A DNA stretch of 46,677 bases, from positions 1 through 46,677 of the forward strand of contig CASGDY010000010.1 of the NCBI GenBank assembly GCA_949300355.1, in the 5' to 3' direction. This document shows, in pieces, positions 1-9,353 of this stretch. The stretch comes from an uncultured Brachyspira sp. Its GTDB lineage: Bacteria; Spirochaetota; Brachyspiria; Brachyspirales; Brachyspiraceae. The notes below the pieces were generated by a model. The model made no database searches. It worked only from the letters and a program-made list of their open reading frames with translations, and was not told the DNA's origin. The first letter of the stretch is position 1, and each line of letters starts with the position of its first letter. The position numbers and the translations under genes were made by a program.

Positions 1-99
1 AATCATAAACGAATACATTCAGCTTTAAATTATGATACACCTATGTTATACTTTAAAAAACTAAGGAATACTTAATGCAATATGTCTGGCTCCTGTGCA
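1..99 (+). mobile_element. 3' end of an IS481/IS3-type DDE transposase (coding 1-75, partial) plus probable right IS end (about 76-99)
   Basis: Frame +1 reads NHKRIHSALNYDTPMLYFKKLRNT*, matching the C-terminal integrase-core motif YNxxRxHSxLxYxTP. It is followed by TGCAATATGTCTGGCTCCTGTGCA, which ends in CA like IS481/IS3 ends. Only a fragment is visible. Confidence 0.65.
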
Positions 100-312
100 T
101 TTATATTGAATATTAGGGGGATATAAATTGTATATTTTTAATTAAAAAACATATATTTATCATATTAATTCTATTTATTGTAATTATATTTCTTATATTA
201 AAGATAATTACTATGCAGTAATAAAATATTTTTGCTATTTTATATTAATAGATTTAATACTAATTTGTTAACTATGAATATATATGATTTAAAAAAACAT
301 AAATAACAATTT

Positions 313-1467
313 TTATTTTGATATTGAATTAATTATCCAAGCTGTTTCTTTTCTTATTTCACTATCCATATTGATAATATTATCTATAGTTAGTGGGACA
401 TTTATTTTTCTATCGCATACTTTTGATACAATGTCAAATATATCAGTGAATCTAATTTTCTTTTGCAAGAATGAATACACACATATTTCATTTGCAGCAT
501 TTAAAACGCAAGGATAAAGTCCGCCTTTCTTTCCGCACTCATAAGCTAATCTAAGCATTACAAATTTATCAAAGTCCATTTTATAAAAATTGATTTCTGA
601 ATGTTCATATAGTTTTAATTTTTCAAAAGGTGTATTTCTAATTTCAGGATAAGTTAATGCATGCTGTATAGGAAGACGCATATCATTCTTTCCAATCTGT
701 GCATAAATTTCTCCGTCATTCATCTCTATCATAGAATGTATTAAACTTTGAGGGTGAATAATAGTTTCTATTTTATCATAATCCAAATTAAATAAATGAT
801 GAGCCTCTATCACTTCAAATCCTTTATTCATCATAGTGGCACTGTCTATAGTTATTTTACTTCCCATAGCCCAAGTAGGATGCTTTAATGCCATTTCAAC
901 AGTAACATTTTTTAATTCTTCTTTTGGAGTTCTGAAAAAAGGTCCTCCTGAAGCTGTTATTATAACTTTTGAAAGTGAAGTTTTTGGAAAATGCCTTAAC
1001 ATCTGGAATATTGCCGAATGTTCACTATCTATAGGTATTAAGCTTGCATTATGTTCTTTTAATAATTGATTTATTATGTCTCCGCCTACAACTAATGTTT
1101 CTTTATTAGCTAATGCAATAGTCTTTCCTTTTTTTATTGCTTCTACTGTAGGTAAAAATCCTGCATATCCTGTGAGAGCATTAACTAATATATCAAAATC
1201 GGTATGCTTTACAAAGTCAGCTATAGTCCCTTCATAAATATTTAGATTTTTAGCACAATCATAGTCTTTAAAAATATTTTCTGCATTCTTATCGGATATA
1301 TTTATAGTTTTAGGCTTGAACTCTGTACATAAAGTATTTAATATATCTATTTTACTATTTGCAGACATTCCAACTATTTCAAAGTCATTGCAAAACTCTC
1401 TAACAACTGAACATGTATTAGTACCAATAGAGCCAGTAGCTCCCAATAAAAGAATTCTTTTTTTCAT
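313..1467 (-). CDS. dxr: 1-deoxy-D-xylulose 5-phosphate reductoisomerase
   Basis: Motifs LLGATGSIG, LANKETLV, PIDSEHSAIFQ, TASGGPF, HPTWAMGSKITIDSATMMNKG. Start placed at MKKRILL (ATG 1467); the ORF track extends to 1491. Confidence 0.97.
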   Translation of the reverse strand: MKKRILLLGATGSIGTNTCSVVREFCNDFEIVGMSANSKIDILNTLCTEFKPKTINISDKNAENIFKDYDCAKNLNIYEGTIADFVKHTDFDILVNALTGYAGFLPTVEAIKKGKTIALANKETLVVGGDIINQLLKEHNASLIPIDSEHSAIFQMLRHFPKTSLSKVIITASGGPFFRTPKEELKNVTVEMALKHPTWAMGSKITIDSATMMNKGFEVIEAHHLFNLDYDKIETIIHPQSLIHSMIEMNDGEIYAQIGKNDMRLPIQHALTYPEIRNTPFEKLKLYEHSEINFYKMDFDKFVMLRLAYECGKKGGLYPCVLNAANEICVYSFLQKKIRFTDIFDIVSKVCDRKINVPLTIDNIINMDSEIRKETAWIINSISK

Positions 1468-1700
1468 AATACTGCTAAATACTCCAAACATTTCAATAAT
1501 AGTGCAGTATTTTATATCAAAATTATAAATTAATAAATAGCTGTAATAATTAAAAAATATTGTTTTATGTATTTTTTTGAACAGCCGATAATATTTAAGA
1601 ATAAGTATAACTAAACATAACTATTGAAATTTATCATTAATTCATATATAATATTTATTCAAATTAATTTAAAATTTTAAAAATAATGGATTTTTACTAA

Positions 1701-3329
1701 ATGTCAAACAAAAAATTTAATTTAAAAATAGCTACATTAGCATCTTGGGTATTGTTATTTTTTGCTTGGATTTTCTTTTATGCAGTAACTCAAACACCAA
1801 CTCCAGTTTTCTGGGCAGTATTAGCATTAACTTCTATAATAACTATTATCACACTAATAGTAGATAGAAAACAAATAGTATCTTTTTTAAAGATGCGATT
1901 TGTACATAAAGCTTTTTTTGGAATATTATCATTAATAATAACTCTTGCTATACTTGTAGGATTATATATTATAAGTATAAATTTCCCTATAAGATTTGAC
2001 TTGACACAGAATAAATCATATACAGTATCTCAGCAAACTATGGACGTTTTATCAAGAATAGATAGTCCGCTTTCTATAGTAGTATTGAGATCACCTAGTA
2101 CAGATCCAACTTCAGCAGATTGGAGAGCCGATTTATTATTAGAACAATATAAAAGAATAAATAAACATATAAGTGTTGAATATATTAACCCTATAGAAAA
2201 ACCTTCCGCTAAAAGTAAATATCAAATGACTCAAGTTGGAGAAATAGTATTTACTTATGGACAAGGAAAACAAGTAAGAGTTTATAGAAAAGATTTAACA
2301 ACTCAGTCTAAAGTTACTTCTGATCCTTTATTTGTTGGAGAAGAAAAATTTACTCAATCTATATATACTTTGCTTGATACAGAATCTTATACAGTATACT
2401 TCACAGTAGGACATGGAGAAAGACAAATACAAGACAGAGGCGGGGAAGGTTTATCTTATGTTAAAACTTATTTAGAAAATGAAAATTATAAAGTAAAAGA
2501 ATTAAATATAATACTTGAAAATATACCAACAGATGCCTCATTAATAGTAATAGCTGCACCTGTGGAAACATTCAGCGATTTTGAAATAGACAAATTAAAT
2601 AATTATGTAAAAACAGGGGGAAAACTTCTTGTTTTATATGACAGCTTTATGGATAGAAGTAAATTTAACAGCAATTTAGGAAACTTCTTATCTGATTGGG
2701 GATTTAAGACCAAAAATGACTATATAATAGATACTGCTTCAAGTGTTGTTATACCTGTTAATATAGTACCTCAATATACTTCTCACCCTATTACTCAAAC
2801 CTTAAAAGAAGGAAATGTATTTGCTTGTTTAGTTGTTGCAAGAAGTATATTAAGCGGTGAAAATAAATACAATGGAAGTTTTGAAAATATAATTACAACT
2901 ACTCCTCAAGGTTATGGAAAAGAAGAAGCTACTTTCGATTTATCAAGAGCTAGATTTAATCCTAGAACGGATGTACCAGGTCCTGTGCCTTTGGCTATAA
3001 GCGGTACTTATGAAATAGAGGGAAGAAAAGACCCTGCAAGAATAGTAGTATTCGGAGATGCTACATTTGCATTAAATGCATACATCAATCCTGAACAAGG
3101 TCAGTCTGTAGATATTGCTTTTGCCGGAAATAAAGACTTATTTATGAATACTGTTGCTTATCTATTAGAAGCAAGACAGAAAATTACTATAAGACCAAAA
3201 GAAGCAAGCATTAAAAATCTTACTCTTACAACAACTCAAACTAATTTTATCAGATATGTTGCTCAGATAGGTTTGCCTTGTTTATTCGGTATACTTGGTA
3301 TATTAATATGGTTCTTAAGAAGAAGATAA
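1701..3329 (+). CDS. GldG-like ABC-transporter auxiliary membrane protein
   Basis: Three N-terminal TM segments, RFDLTxNKxYT, VYFTxGHGE, GGKLLV, GNKDLFMNxVxYL and a C-terminal TM ending WFLRRR. Confidence 0.8.
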   Translation: MSNKKFNLKIATLASWVLLFFAWIFFYAVTQTPTPVFWAVLALTSIITIITLIVDRKQIVSFLKMRFVHKAFFGILSLIITLAILVGLYIISINFPIRFDLTQNKSYTVSQQTMDVLSRIDSPLSIVVLRSPSTDPTSADWRADLLLEQYKRINKHISVEYINPIEKPSAKSKYQMTQVGEIVFTYGQGKQVRVYRKDLTTQSKVTSDPLFVGEEKFTQSIYTLLDTESYTVYFTVGHGERQIQDRGGEGLSYVKTYLENENYKVKELNIILENIPTDASLIVIAAPVETFSDFEIDKLNNYVKTGGKLLVLYDSFMDRSKFNSNLGNFLSDWGFKTKNDYIIDTASSVVIPVNIVPQYTSHPITQTLKEGNVFACLVVARSILSGENKYNGSFENIITTTPQGYGKEEATFDLSRARFNPRTDVPGPVPLAISGTYEIEGRKDPARIVVFGDATFALNAYINPEQGQSVDIAFAGNKDLFMNTVAYLLEARQKITIRPKEASIKNLTLTTTQTNFIRYVAQIGLPCLFGILGILIWFLRRR

Positions 3330-3366
3330 TATATTACAATGAAATATATGCATAAGTTAATATAAT

Positions 3367-4641
3367 ATGAATAAGATAAAAAATCTATACAAAAAATATT
3401 CATATTATATCAACTATGCTTTATTAGTATTTATAAACGGTATTTCAAGTGTATTGAATTACATTTCTTCTATATATGTAAATAGAAGTTTATCAATATC
3501 TGATTTTGCACATTATAATGGCATTATAAATATATATTCAATAATAGTTCTAACATTATTGAGTTTCAGCTATTATATTATGCATCATTATAAAGATAAT
3601 GAAGATGCAAAAGTTTATTGGGGTTACGGATATATTATAGCTTTTATAATATCTATATTATATATACTTTCGATACCATTAATAGATATACTTTTTAATA
3701 TAAAAAACTATCGTTCTCTTTTTCTGATATCTATTGCAATATTTACAACGATACTTGTTATAGTTGCTCAGTCCATACTAAAAATTAATAATTATATAGC
3801 TTATGATTATACATCAAATTTAATCTCAATATTTATAGCTAAAATTTTATTGCTTGCATATTTTATTATAACGGGTTTGACATTAGATAAAGCTGTTATA
3901 TCCGTAACTTTAGCTTGCATTTTATATTTAATTATTGACCTAGCAGCATTAAGAAAATTAAAATTACCTTATTATGTAAGAATTAATAATATAAAAAGTT
4001 ATTTTTCAATTAAAAACTTATCAGAATTTTTAACATATATAATAAATATTGTAATAATAAATTTTATATTTAATTGGATATCATTAAGCGATGTACTTAT
4101 GGCAAATAGATATTTAGATAAAACAAGTGCAGGCTACTACTCTACTATATCATTAATAATAAAAATGTTTTTCTATATAGGTACTCCTATAGCTTCAGTT
4201 ATGTTTTCTTACATTTTAATAGCCAAAAAAGATAATAATAAAAATAAAGAAACAAAGATACTTTATTATTCTATTGCACTTTTTATATTTGCTTCTATTT
4301 GCTTATCAGCATTTTTAATTATATTCGCAAAACAAATAGTATTAATACAATTTACGAATAGGTATGAAGCCATTATTCCATTAATTCCAGAGGCTGTAAT
4401 TTTTGGATTTTCTTTAGGCTTTACAGTTGTTGCATTTAATTACGGACTTGCTTATAAACTATTCGCACCATTTTACGGATACTTGATTATATTTGCTTAT
4501 GTATATTTCTCATTAAGAAACGGACTTAGAACCTTTGAAAATTTCATGTTCATAATGAAAATATTTTTTATAGCATTACTTATATATAATATCTTAATCA
4601 TATTAATACATAGGATAATATTAAGAACTAATGAAAACTAA
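3367..4641 (+). CDS. Wzx/MOP-superfamily oligosaccharide flippase-like membrane protein
   Basis: About 12 hydrophobic segments. N-terminal 'LNY..R.LSISDFA' and central 'DVLMANRYL...AGYY' patterns are typical of Wzx-like flippases. Confidence 0.6.
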   Translation: MNKIKNLYKKYSYYINYALLVFINGISSVLNYISSIYVNRSLSISDFAHYNGIINIYSIIVLTLLSFSYYIMHHYKDNEDAKVYWGYGYIIAFIISILYILSIPLIDILFNIKNYRSLFLISIAIFTTILVIVAQSILKINNYIAYDYTSNLISIFIAKILLLAYFIITGLTLDKAVISVTLACILYLIIDLAALRKLKLPYYVRINNIKSYFSIKNLSEFLTYIINIVIINFIFNWISLSDVLMANRYLDKTSAGYYSTISLIIKMFFYIGTPIASVMFSYILIAKKDNNKNKETKILYYSIALFIFASICLSAFLIIFAKQIVLIQFTNRYEAIIPLIPEAVIFGFSLGFTVVAFNYGLAYKLFAPFYGYLIIFAYVYFSLRNGLRTFENFMFIMKIFFIALLIYNILIILIHRIILRTNEN

Positions 4642-4686
4642 AATAGTAATTTAAAAATATTATAAAACTAGTTATAAAAATTATTT

Positions 4687-5388
4687 TTAGAATCTGCCGC
4701 CTTTTTCAGAAATCAACTTCGTTATTTTACTATTATTTCTAGTTATTGCATAATATAATGCTGTGTTTCCATCTTTATCTTTAGCATTAAGATCAGATCC
4801 AGCTTCTATAAATAATTCAGCTAATTCTGTATTATAATCAAAAATTACCCACATTAAAGGAGTAATATTTTTTAATTGTATATTTCTTGAATCATCTTTT
4901 ATAGATAATCTAGCATTAACATTAGCCCCAGCTTTTATTAATAACTCAGCTACTTCTTTATCTACATTCAATGTCAAAGGAGTAAAATCTTTTAAATATA
5001 ATCCATCTGTCTTGAATGTTATTTTTGTATTTACATCAGATTTTTTTTCTATAAGTATTTTTGATAAATCTGTTTTCTCACGTTGTATAGCATATATTAA
5101 AGCTGTAAATCCGGAATTATCTTTTATATTAACATTAGCACCTTTTTCTATTAGCAGCTTTGCTATTTCATCTTGCTCATAAATAATAGATAAAATCAAA
5201 GGTGTAGCACCATCTACAATATCTAAATTTACATTAGCTTTTTTATTATTTAACAAATCTAAAACTTTTTCTTTATTACCATTCACTATATATGATGCAA
5301 ATTCTTTTTCATCTTTACTAAGCTCTGGATACAAAGCATTAAAACTAAATAAAGTACACAATACTGCCATTAATACAATTTTTTTCAT
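4687..5388 (-). CDS. Secreted ankyrin-repeat protein
   Basis: Signal peptide MKKIVLMAVLCTLFSFNAL; repeated G.TPL/TAL...LLIEKGANVN..D ankyrin units. Confidence 0.92.
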   Translation of the reverse strand: MKKIVLMAVLCTLFSFNALYPELSKDEKEFASYIVNGNKEKVLDLLNNKKANVNLDIVDGATPLILSIIYEQDEIAKLLIEKGANVNIKDNSGFTALIYAIQREKTDLSKILIEKKSDVNTKITFKTDGLYLKDFTPLTLNVDKEVAELLIKAGANVNARLSIKDDSRNIQLKNITPLMWVIFDYNTELAELFIEAGSDLNAKDKDGNTALYYAITRNNSKITKLISEKGGRF

Positions 5389-5445
5389 ATAAACCTCTTC
5401 TTAAATATTATATACAAAATATATATTAATTATATTATTTTATCA

Positions 5446-5843
5446 ATATATACTGAAAATTTTTAAGTTTGTCATTTTTTTTGCAACTTTTTCCCGCCGC
5501 ATGCCTACCTAAAGGTACTTCCTTCGGTCGCAGGCGGACTTCGTCAAAGTTGCTGCCGCAGGCACGCTTCGCGAAAGTGCAAGTATAAAATTAGTACTAA
5601 ATCATACTAAAATTATCTTAAATGTAAGGTAATTCATAAAATTAAAGCCAAAATGTAGCCTTTCGCGAAGCGTATCCGAGTTTATCAGGATATAAGCTTC
5701 TTTGTTGCAATACCACAGGCACTTCCTTCAGTCGCAAAAGAAGTGTGGTGCTGCACGCTGTGTACTTCGTAAGGGCAAAGCCCTGCAAATATTTAAAATT
5801 TAAAAAATTATTTTTGACAAAATATATTTGTTTTGGTATATAC
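5446..5843. mobile_element. About 400-bp MITE-like intergenic repeat element
   Basis: GC-rich palindromic modules in an AT-rich background. Both ends read TGACAAA-N-GTATATA outward. A perfect 14-bp internal inverted repeat lies at 5564-5577/5660-5673. Homologous in inverted orientation to 44970-45288 and 45332-45467. Confidence 0.75.
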
Positions 5844-5945
5844 TTCATTAGTGCATATAATTTTACAATGCTTACATTTAATTATTTAGGCTATTTTAAT
5901 AGTAGTAATATTTGTATATTTAACTTTTTAATGATTTACAAATAA

Positions 5946-5979
5946 AAAATCTCTATCAGCTTTAACTAATAGAGATTTT
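5946..5979 (-). terminator. Intrinsic terminator for ankyrin gene 5998-6696
   Basis: AAAATCTCTAT...ATAGAGATTTT hairpin with a U-tract on the minus strand. Confidence 0.7.
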
Positions 5980-5997
5980 AACAGTACATATTCTTTA

Positions 5998-6696
5998 TTA
6001 TTTAGCATTTTTTGCTATAAGCAGCTGCTCTATTGTAGTATTGCTTTTTTCTTTAGCATAATTTAATGCAATTTTTCCGCTTTTATCTTTAGCATTAATA
6101 TCAGCTCCGGATTCTATCAATAACTTAGCTATTTCAGTATTATCATTCAAAATAAAATACATTAAAGGTGTAGCATTTTCTAATTTTATATTTTTTCCAG
6201 CATGTTGAAAAGAGAATTTAATATTAATGTCTGCACCAGCATTTATTAATGATTGAGCTACTTCTTTATTTTCATTAAGTATCAAAGGAGTAACATTTTT
6301 CATATATACTCCATTTTCATTTAATGATGCTTTTGTATTTACATCAGCTTTTTTTTCTATAAGTATTTTTGATATTTCTGTTCTATTGTACATTATAGAA
6401 TATATTAAAGCTGTGAATCCTGACTTATCTTTGATATTAAGATTTGCACCTTTTTCTATAAGCATTTTTGCTATTTCATCTTGCTTAAAAATAATAGAAA
6501 ATATTAATGGTGTAGCACTATTTTCTATTCTAGCATTTATATTAATTTTATTATTATCTATAAAATTTGAAACTTCTTCAATATTACCTGATGCTATATA
6601 CGATAAAAACAGTGCTTCATTTTCAGAGTTTGCTGAATACAGTGCATTAAAACTAAATAAAATATACAATACCGCCATTAATACAATTTTTTTCAT
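5998..6696 (-). CDS. Secreted ankyrin-repeat protein, paralogue of 4687-5388
   Basis: Nearly the same signal peptide and colinear ankyrin repeats as 4687-5388. Confidence 0.92.
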   Translation of the reverse strand: MKKIVLMAVLYILFSFNALYSANSENEALFLSYIASGNIEEVSNFIDNNKININARIENSATPLIFSIIFKQDEIAKMLIEKGANLNIKDKSGFTALIYSIMYNRTEISKILIEKKADVNTKASLNENGVYMKNVTPLILNENKEVAQSLINAGADINIKFSFQHAGKNIKLENATPLMYFILNDNTEIAKLLIESGADINAKDKSGKIALNYAKEKSNTTIEQLLIAKNAK

Positions 6697-6800
6697 ATAA
6701 ACCTCTCTATAAGAACATTGTAGTTAATAATATATTAATTATATCGTTTTTTCAATATTATTATTTGAAATTGAATAATATTAATATTTTTAAATAATAA

Positions 6801-6831
6801 AAAAGCTGACAACTTTTTGTTATCAGCTTTT
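6801..6831 (-). terminator. Intrinsic terminator for the Crp-family gene
   Basis: AAAAGCTGACAAC-TTTTT-GTTATCAGCTTTT hairpin flanked by A/T runs, just past the stop codon at 6859. Confidence 0.75.
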
Positions 6832-6858
6832 AATTAATTTTATTATAATAATAAAAAA

Positions 6859-7494
6859 TTATGATTTCTTTCTCTTTAAATCGATTTGTCTTTGAATCTC
6901 TTTTAAGTTTTTAACATATATGGTATTAGTTCTTATATCTATTTTACCTGTTTTTACCAATGTGTTTAAAACTTTTTGTACATCAACTACTTTTACACCG
7001 CACCAATTCGCTATATCATTTATAGTAGCATTTAATTCCTGAGGCTCATAATAATGATCTCTAGGTATATTCTGAAGCTCTGCTAGAAGTAAAAGACAGT
7101 CATATACTCTCAAATCAGTTTCATTTAATTGAAGTATTAGAAGTCTTCTTTTAGCATCAAATATTCTTTTAGCAAAAGTCTTTGAGAGTTTTAATGCCAT
7201 TATTGTATTATTAGCCAATATGCTTTGGAAGTTTTCTTTTCTTAACTCTAAAAGTACAGTAGGTTCATTTGCTATAGCTGATGCACTTCTTGTAGTATCT
7301 TCTAATATAGCCATTTCCCCAAAAAACTCGCCAGCATAAACTATATCTAATAATTTTTCAACATCCTTTATAACTTTTGTAATTTTTACAGAACCGCTTT
7401 GAACTAAATAGAATTTATCACCTTTTTCATATTCCAGAAATATAACATCATCAGTATTGTATTTTTTTGTATGAGAACTTAAATTATTATCCAT
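6859..7494 (-). CDS. Crp/Fnr-family cyclic-nucleotide-binding regulator
   Basis: cNMP domain (FYLVQSGSVKI, GEFFGEMAIL, RSASAIA) plus a C-terminal Crp-like HTH (TINDIANWCG). Confidence 0.9.
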   Translation of the reverse strand: MDNNLSSHTKKYNTDDVIFLEYEKGDKFYLVQSGSVKITKVIKDVEKLLDIVYAGEFFGEMAILEDTTRSASAIANEPTVLLELRKENFQSILANNTIMALKLSKTFAKRIFDAKRRLLILQLNETDLRVYDCLLLLAELQNIPRDHYYEPQELNATINDIANWCGVKVVDVQKVLNTLVKTGKIDIRTNTIYVKNLKEIQRQIDLKRKKS

Positions 7495-7524
7495 ATTTGT
7501 TCCTTAATTTCTTTTTGTATAATA

Positions 7525-8511
7525 TTACAGTCTTGAAATACTTGCATTTGCTTCTTTTGAAAAATTATCCATAGGGGGCATTGAAATAACTTTCTGATAA
7601 TATGCTTTTGCTTTAGTTTTATTTCCGCTAGCCTCGCAGCTTTTAGCTAAAAATAGTATAGCCTCTTTAACATTTGAGGATTTAGGATATTTTTTTATTG
7701 CTGATAATAATACAGTAGAAGCATTATCATATTTATTTATATTAAAATAGCATTTACCCAAATAAAATATAGAATTCTCAGCAACAGCAGTATCAGGACT
7801 TTTAATTAAATTATTGAATGCCTTTAATGAATTAATATAATCATTATTGTTATATAATTCAGCAGCCTTATTATATGCAGGATCATTTATTGCAGCTTTG
7901 ACCTGAGTTTTAGGAGCTGAAGCAGGAGCATTTGAAACAGGAGGTGCTATATCACTGTCATCTGTGATATCTAATTCTTCTTTACATTCTTCAATTTTTT
8001 CTTTTACAGTATTATAGAATGCTGAATCCTCATCGGCATATTGTATATATCTTTTATAAGCATAAAGAGCATTTCTATACTTTTTGTTTTTAAAGTAGAA
8101 CTCCCCTATTCCGTATAATCCCTCTAAAGGATCTTGTCCTTCCTCGCTTATATCATTTTCTACAAGTTCTCTTACTCTTTTATTAATTCTTCTAAGCTGA
8201 TTTGAAAACACCTTTAACATTTTAATGATTATAGGTTTATTTTTTTCAACCAAACTTTCAAATTCTTCATAAGTAATGATAATGACAACACAATCTGTTA
8301 AGCACTGAACCGTATCTTCCTGCGGATAAGTACCAAGTATACTTTTTACCCCAAAAAACTCGCCTATATTAATAAGTTCCCTAGTTTCATAACCTGTTTC
8401 TTCTGATAAAAATATACTTTGAGCCTGACCTTGTTTCAAGATATAAACTCTGTCTGAGGTGTCGCCTGTAAAATATACTATAGAACCTGCTTTATATACT
8501 CTTGTTTGCAT
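7525..8511 (-). CDS. cNMP-binding domain plus TPR-repeat protein
   Basis: N-terminal VYILKQG...GEFFG cNMP fold; C-terminal TPR helices (FYLGKCYF, LFLAKSCE). Confidence 0.85.
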   Translation of the reverse strand: MQTRVYKAGSIVYFTGDTSDRVYILKQGQAQSIFLSEETGYETRELINIGEFFGVKSILGTYPQEDTVQCLTDCVVIIITYEEFESLVEKNKPIIIKMLKVFSNQLRRINKRVRELVENDISEEGQDPLEGLYGIGEFYFKNKKYRNALYAYKRYIQYADEDSAFYNTVKEKIEECKEELDITDDSDIAPPVSNAPASAPKTQVKAAINDPAYNKAAELYNNNDYINSLKAFNNLIKSPDTAVAENSIFYLGKCYFNINKYDNASTVLLSAIKKYPKSSNVKEAILFLAKSCEASGNKTKAKAYYQKVISMPPMDNFSKEANASISRL

Positions 8512-8627
8512 TAACTTTTTTCCTCAACTAATAATTTAATTATATCTAAAGTTTTTTAGAATAAAAAAATATTATTTTATTATATTTTATTCTATCACTT
8601 ATAATACTTTTTTCAAGTTATTTTTTT

Positions 8628-9215
8628 TCATTTTCTTAGTTTATTTATCATATCTACAGTTTCAATATCAATGTCTTCAGACCTTGTATTTAGATCATCT
8701 ATTATAATTGTAATCTCTTCGTCTGGCATATTCTGCCCGAACTTGACCTTTGCAGTGAGATTTTCAATTTTTATAACGCCTATAAGCATATTATTTTGTG
8801 CATAATCAAACATTTTATTGTCTATAGATAAATTATCATTATTAGGTTCATATTTTTTTACTATTTCATATAGAATTTCTTTTCTTCTTGATATATCATC
8901 TACAGTTTCAAATTTACCTTCTATGAAAACTGAAAAGAAAAACTGTGTAGGTATCATCTTACCATTTAAAAATTGAGATGGTATATATGAATATGGTTTT
9001 GAAGCACTAAAAGATACTTTAGGATTATTCTTTAAAATTTCATATTTTCTTCCTGCCATAGCCCCATGAAAATATATTTCATTGTTTTTATAGCAAAAAC
9101 TTATAGGTACAGCATAAGGTGTATCATCAGGTAAAGCCATAACTCCAAACTCTATACTATTAAGCATACTGTATATTTCTTCTTTATCTTCAAATATAAA
9201 ATCTTTTCTTCTCAT
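8628..9215 (-). CDS. Pyridoxamine 5'-phosphate oxidase-like / NimA-family flavin-binding protein
   Basis: MRRKD start, PYAVPISF, IYFHGAxxGRK, NPKVSF, KxKFGQN. Confidence 0.85.
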   Translation of the reverse strand: MRRKDFIFEDKEEIYSMLNSIEFGVMALPDDTPYAVPISFCYKNNEIYFHGAMAGRKYEILKNNPKVSFSASKPYSYIPSQFLNGKMIPTQFFFSVFIEGKFETVDDISRRKEILYEIVKKYEPNNDNLSIDNKMFDYAQNNMLIGVIKIENLTAKVKFGQNMPDEEITIIIDDLNTRSEDIDIETVDMINKLRK

Positions 9216-9353
9216 ATACCAATGTTTAACCTTTTTAATTATAAATTATAACTGTAGACTAAATCAATAAATTTTATTATAATATATATAACGGTTTATT
9301 ATATTTTTTCTTTATAAATTAATTATTTTAAATATATTTGGAGTTAGCCTAAT

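Noticed and set aside
1584-1591. GCCGATAA sigma28 -10 box upstream of the GldG-like gene
   Set aside because: There is no TAAA at the required spacing of about 15 nt.
5642-5945. Short ORFs 5642-5848(-) and 5745-5945(+), and 44972-45262(+), two of which share a KLGYASRKA peptide
   Set aside because: They lie in or overlap the repeat element. The shared peptide follows from DNA homology, and starts and frames are not conserved between copies.
6891-6915. Possible self-target of spacer 3 in the Crp gene (GAATCTCTTTTAAGTTTTTAA)
   Set aside because: The match is short, gapped and low-complexity, as expected by chance in AT-rich DNA. I saw no convincing spacer match in the window by eye.
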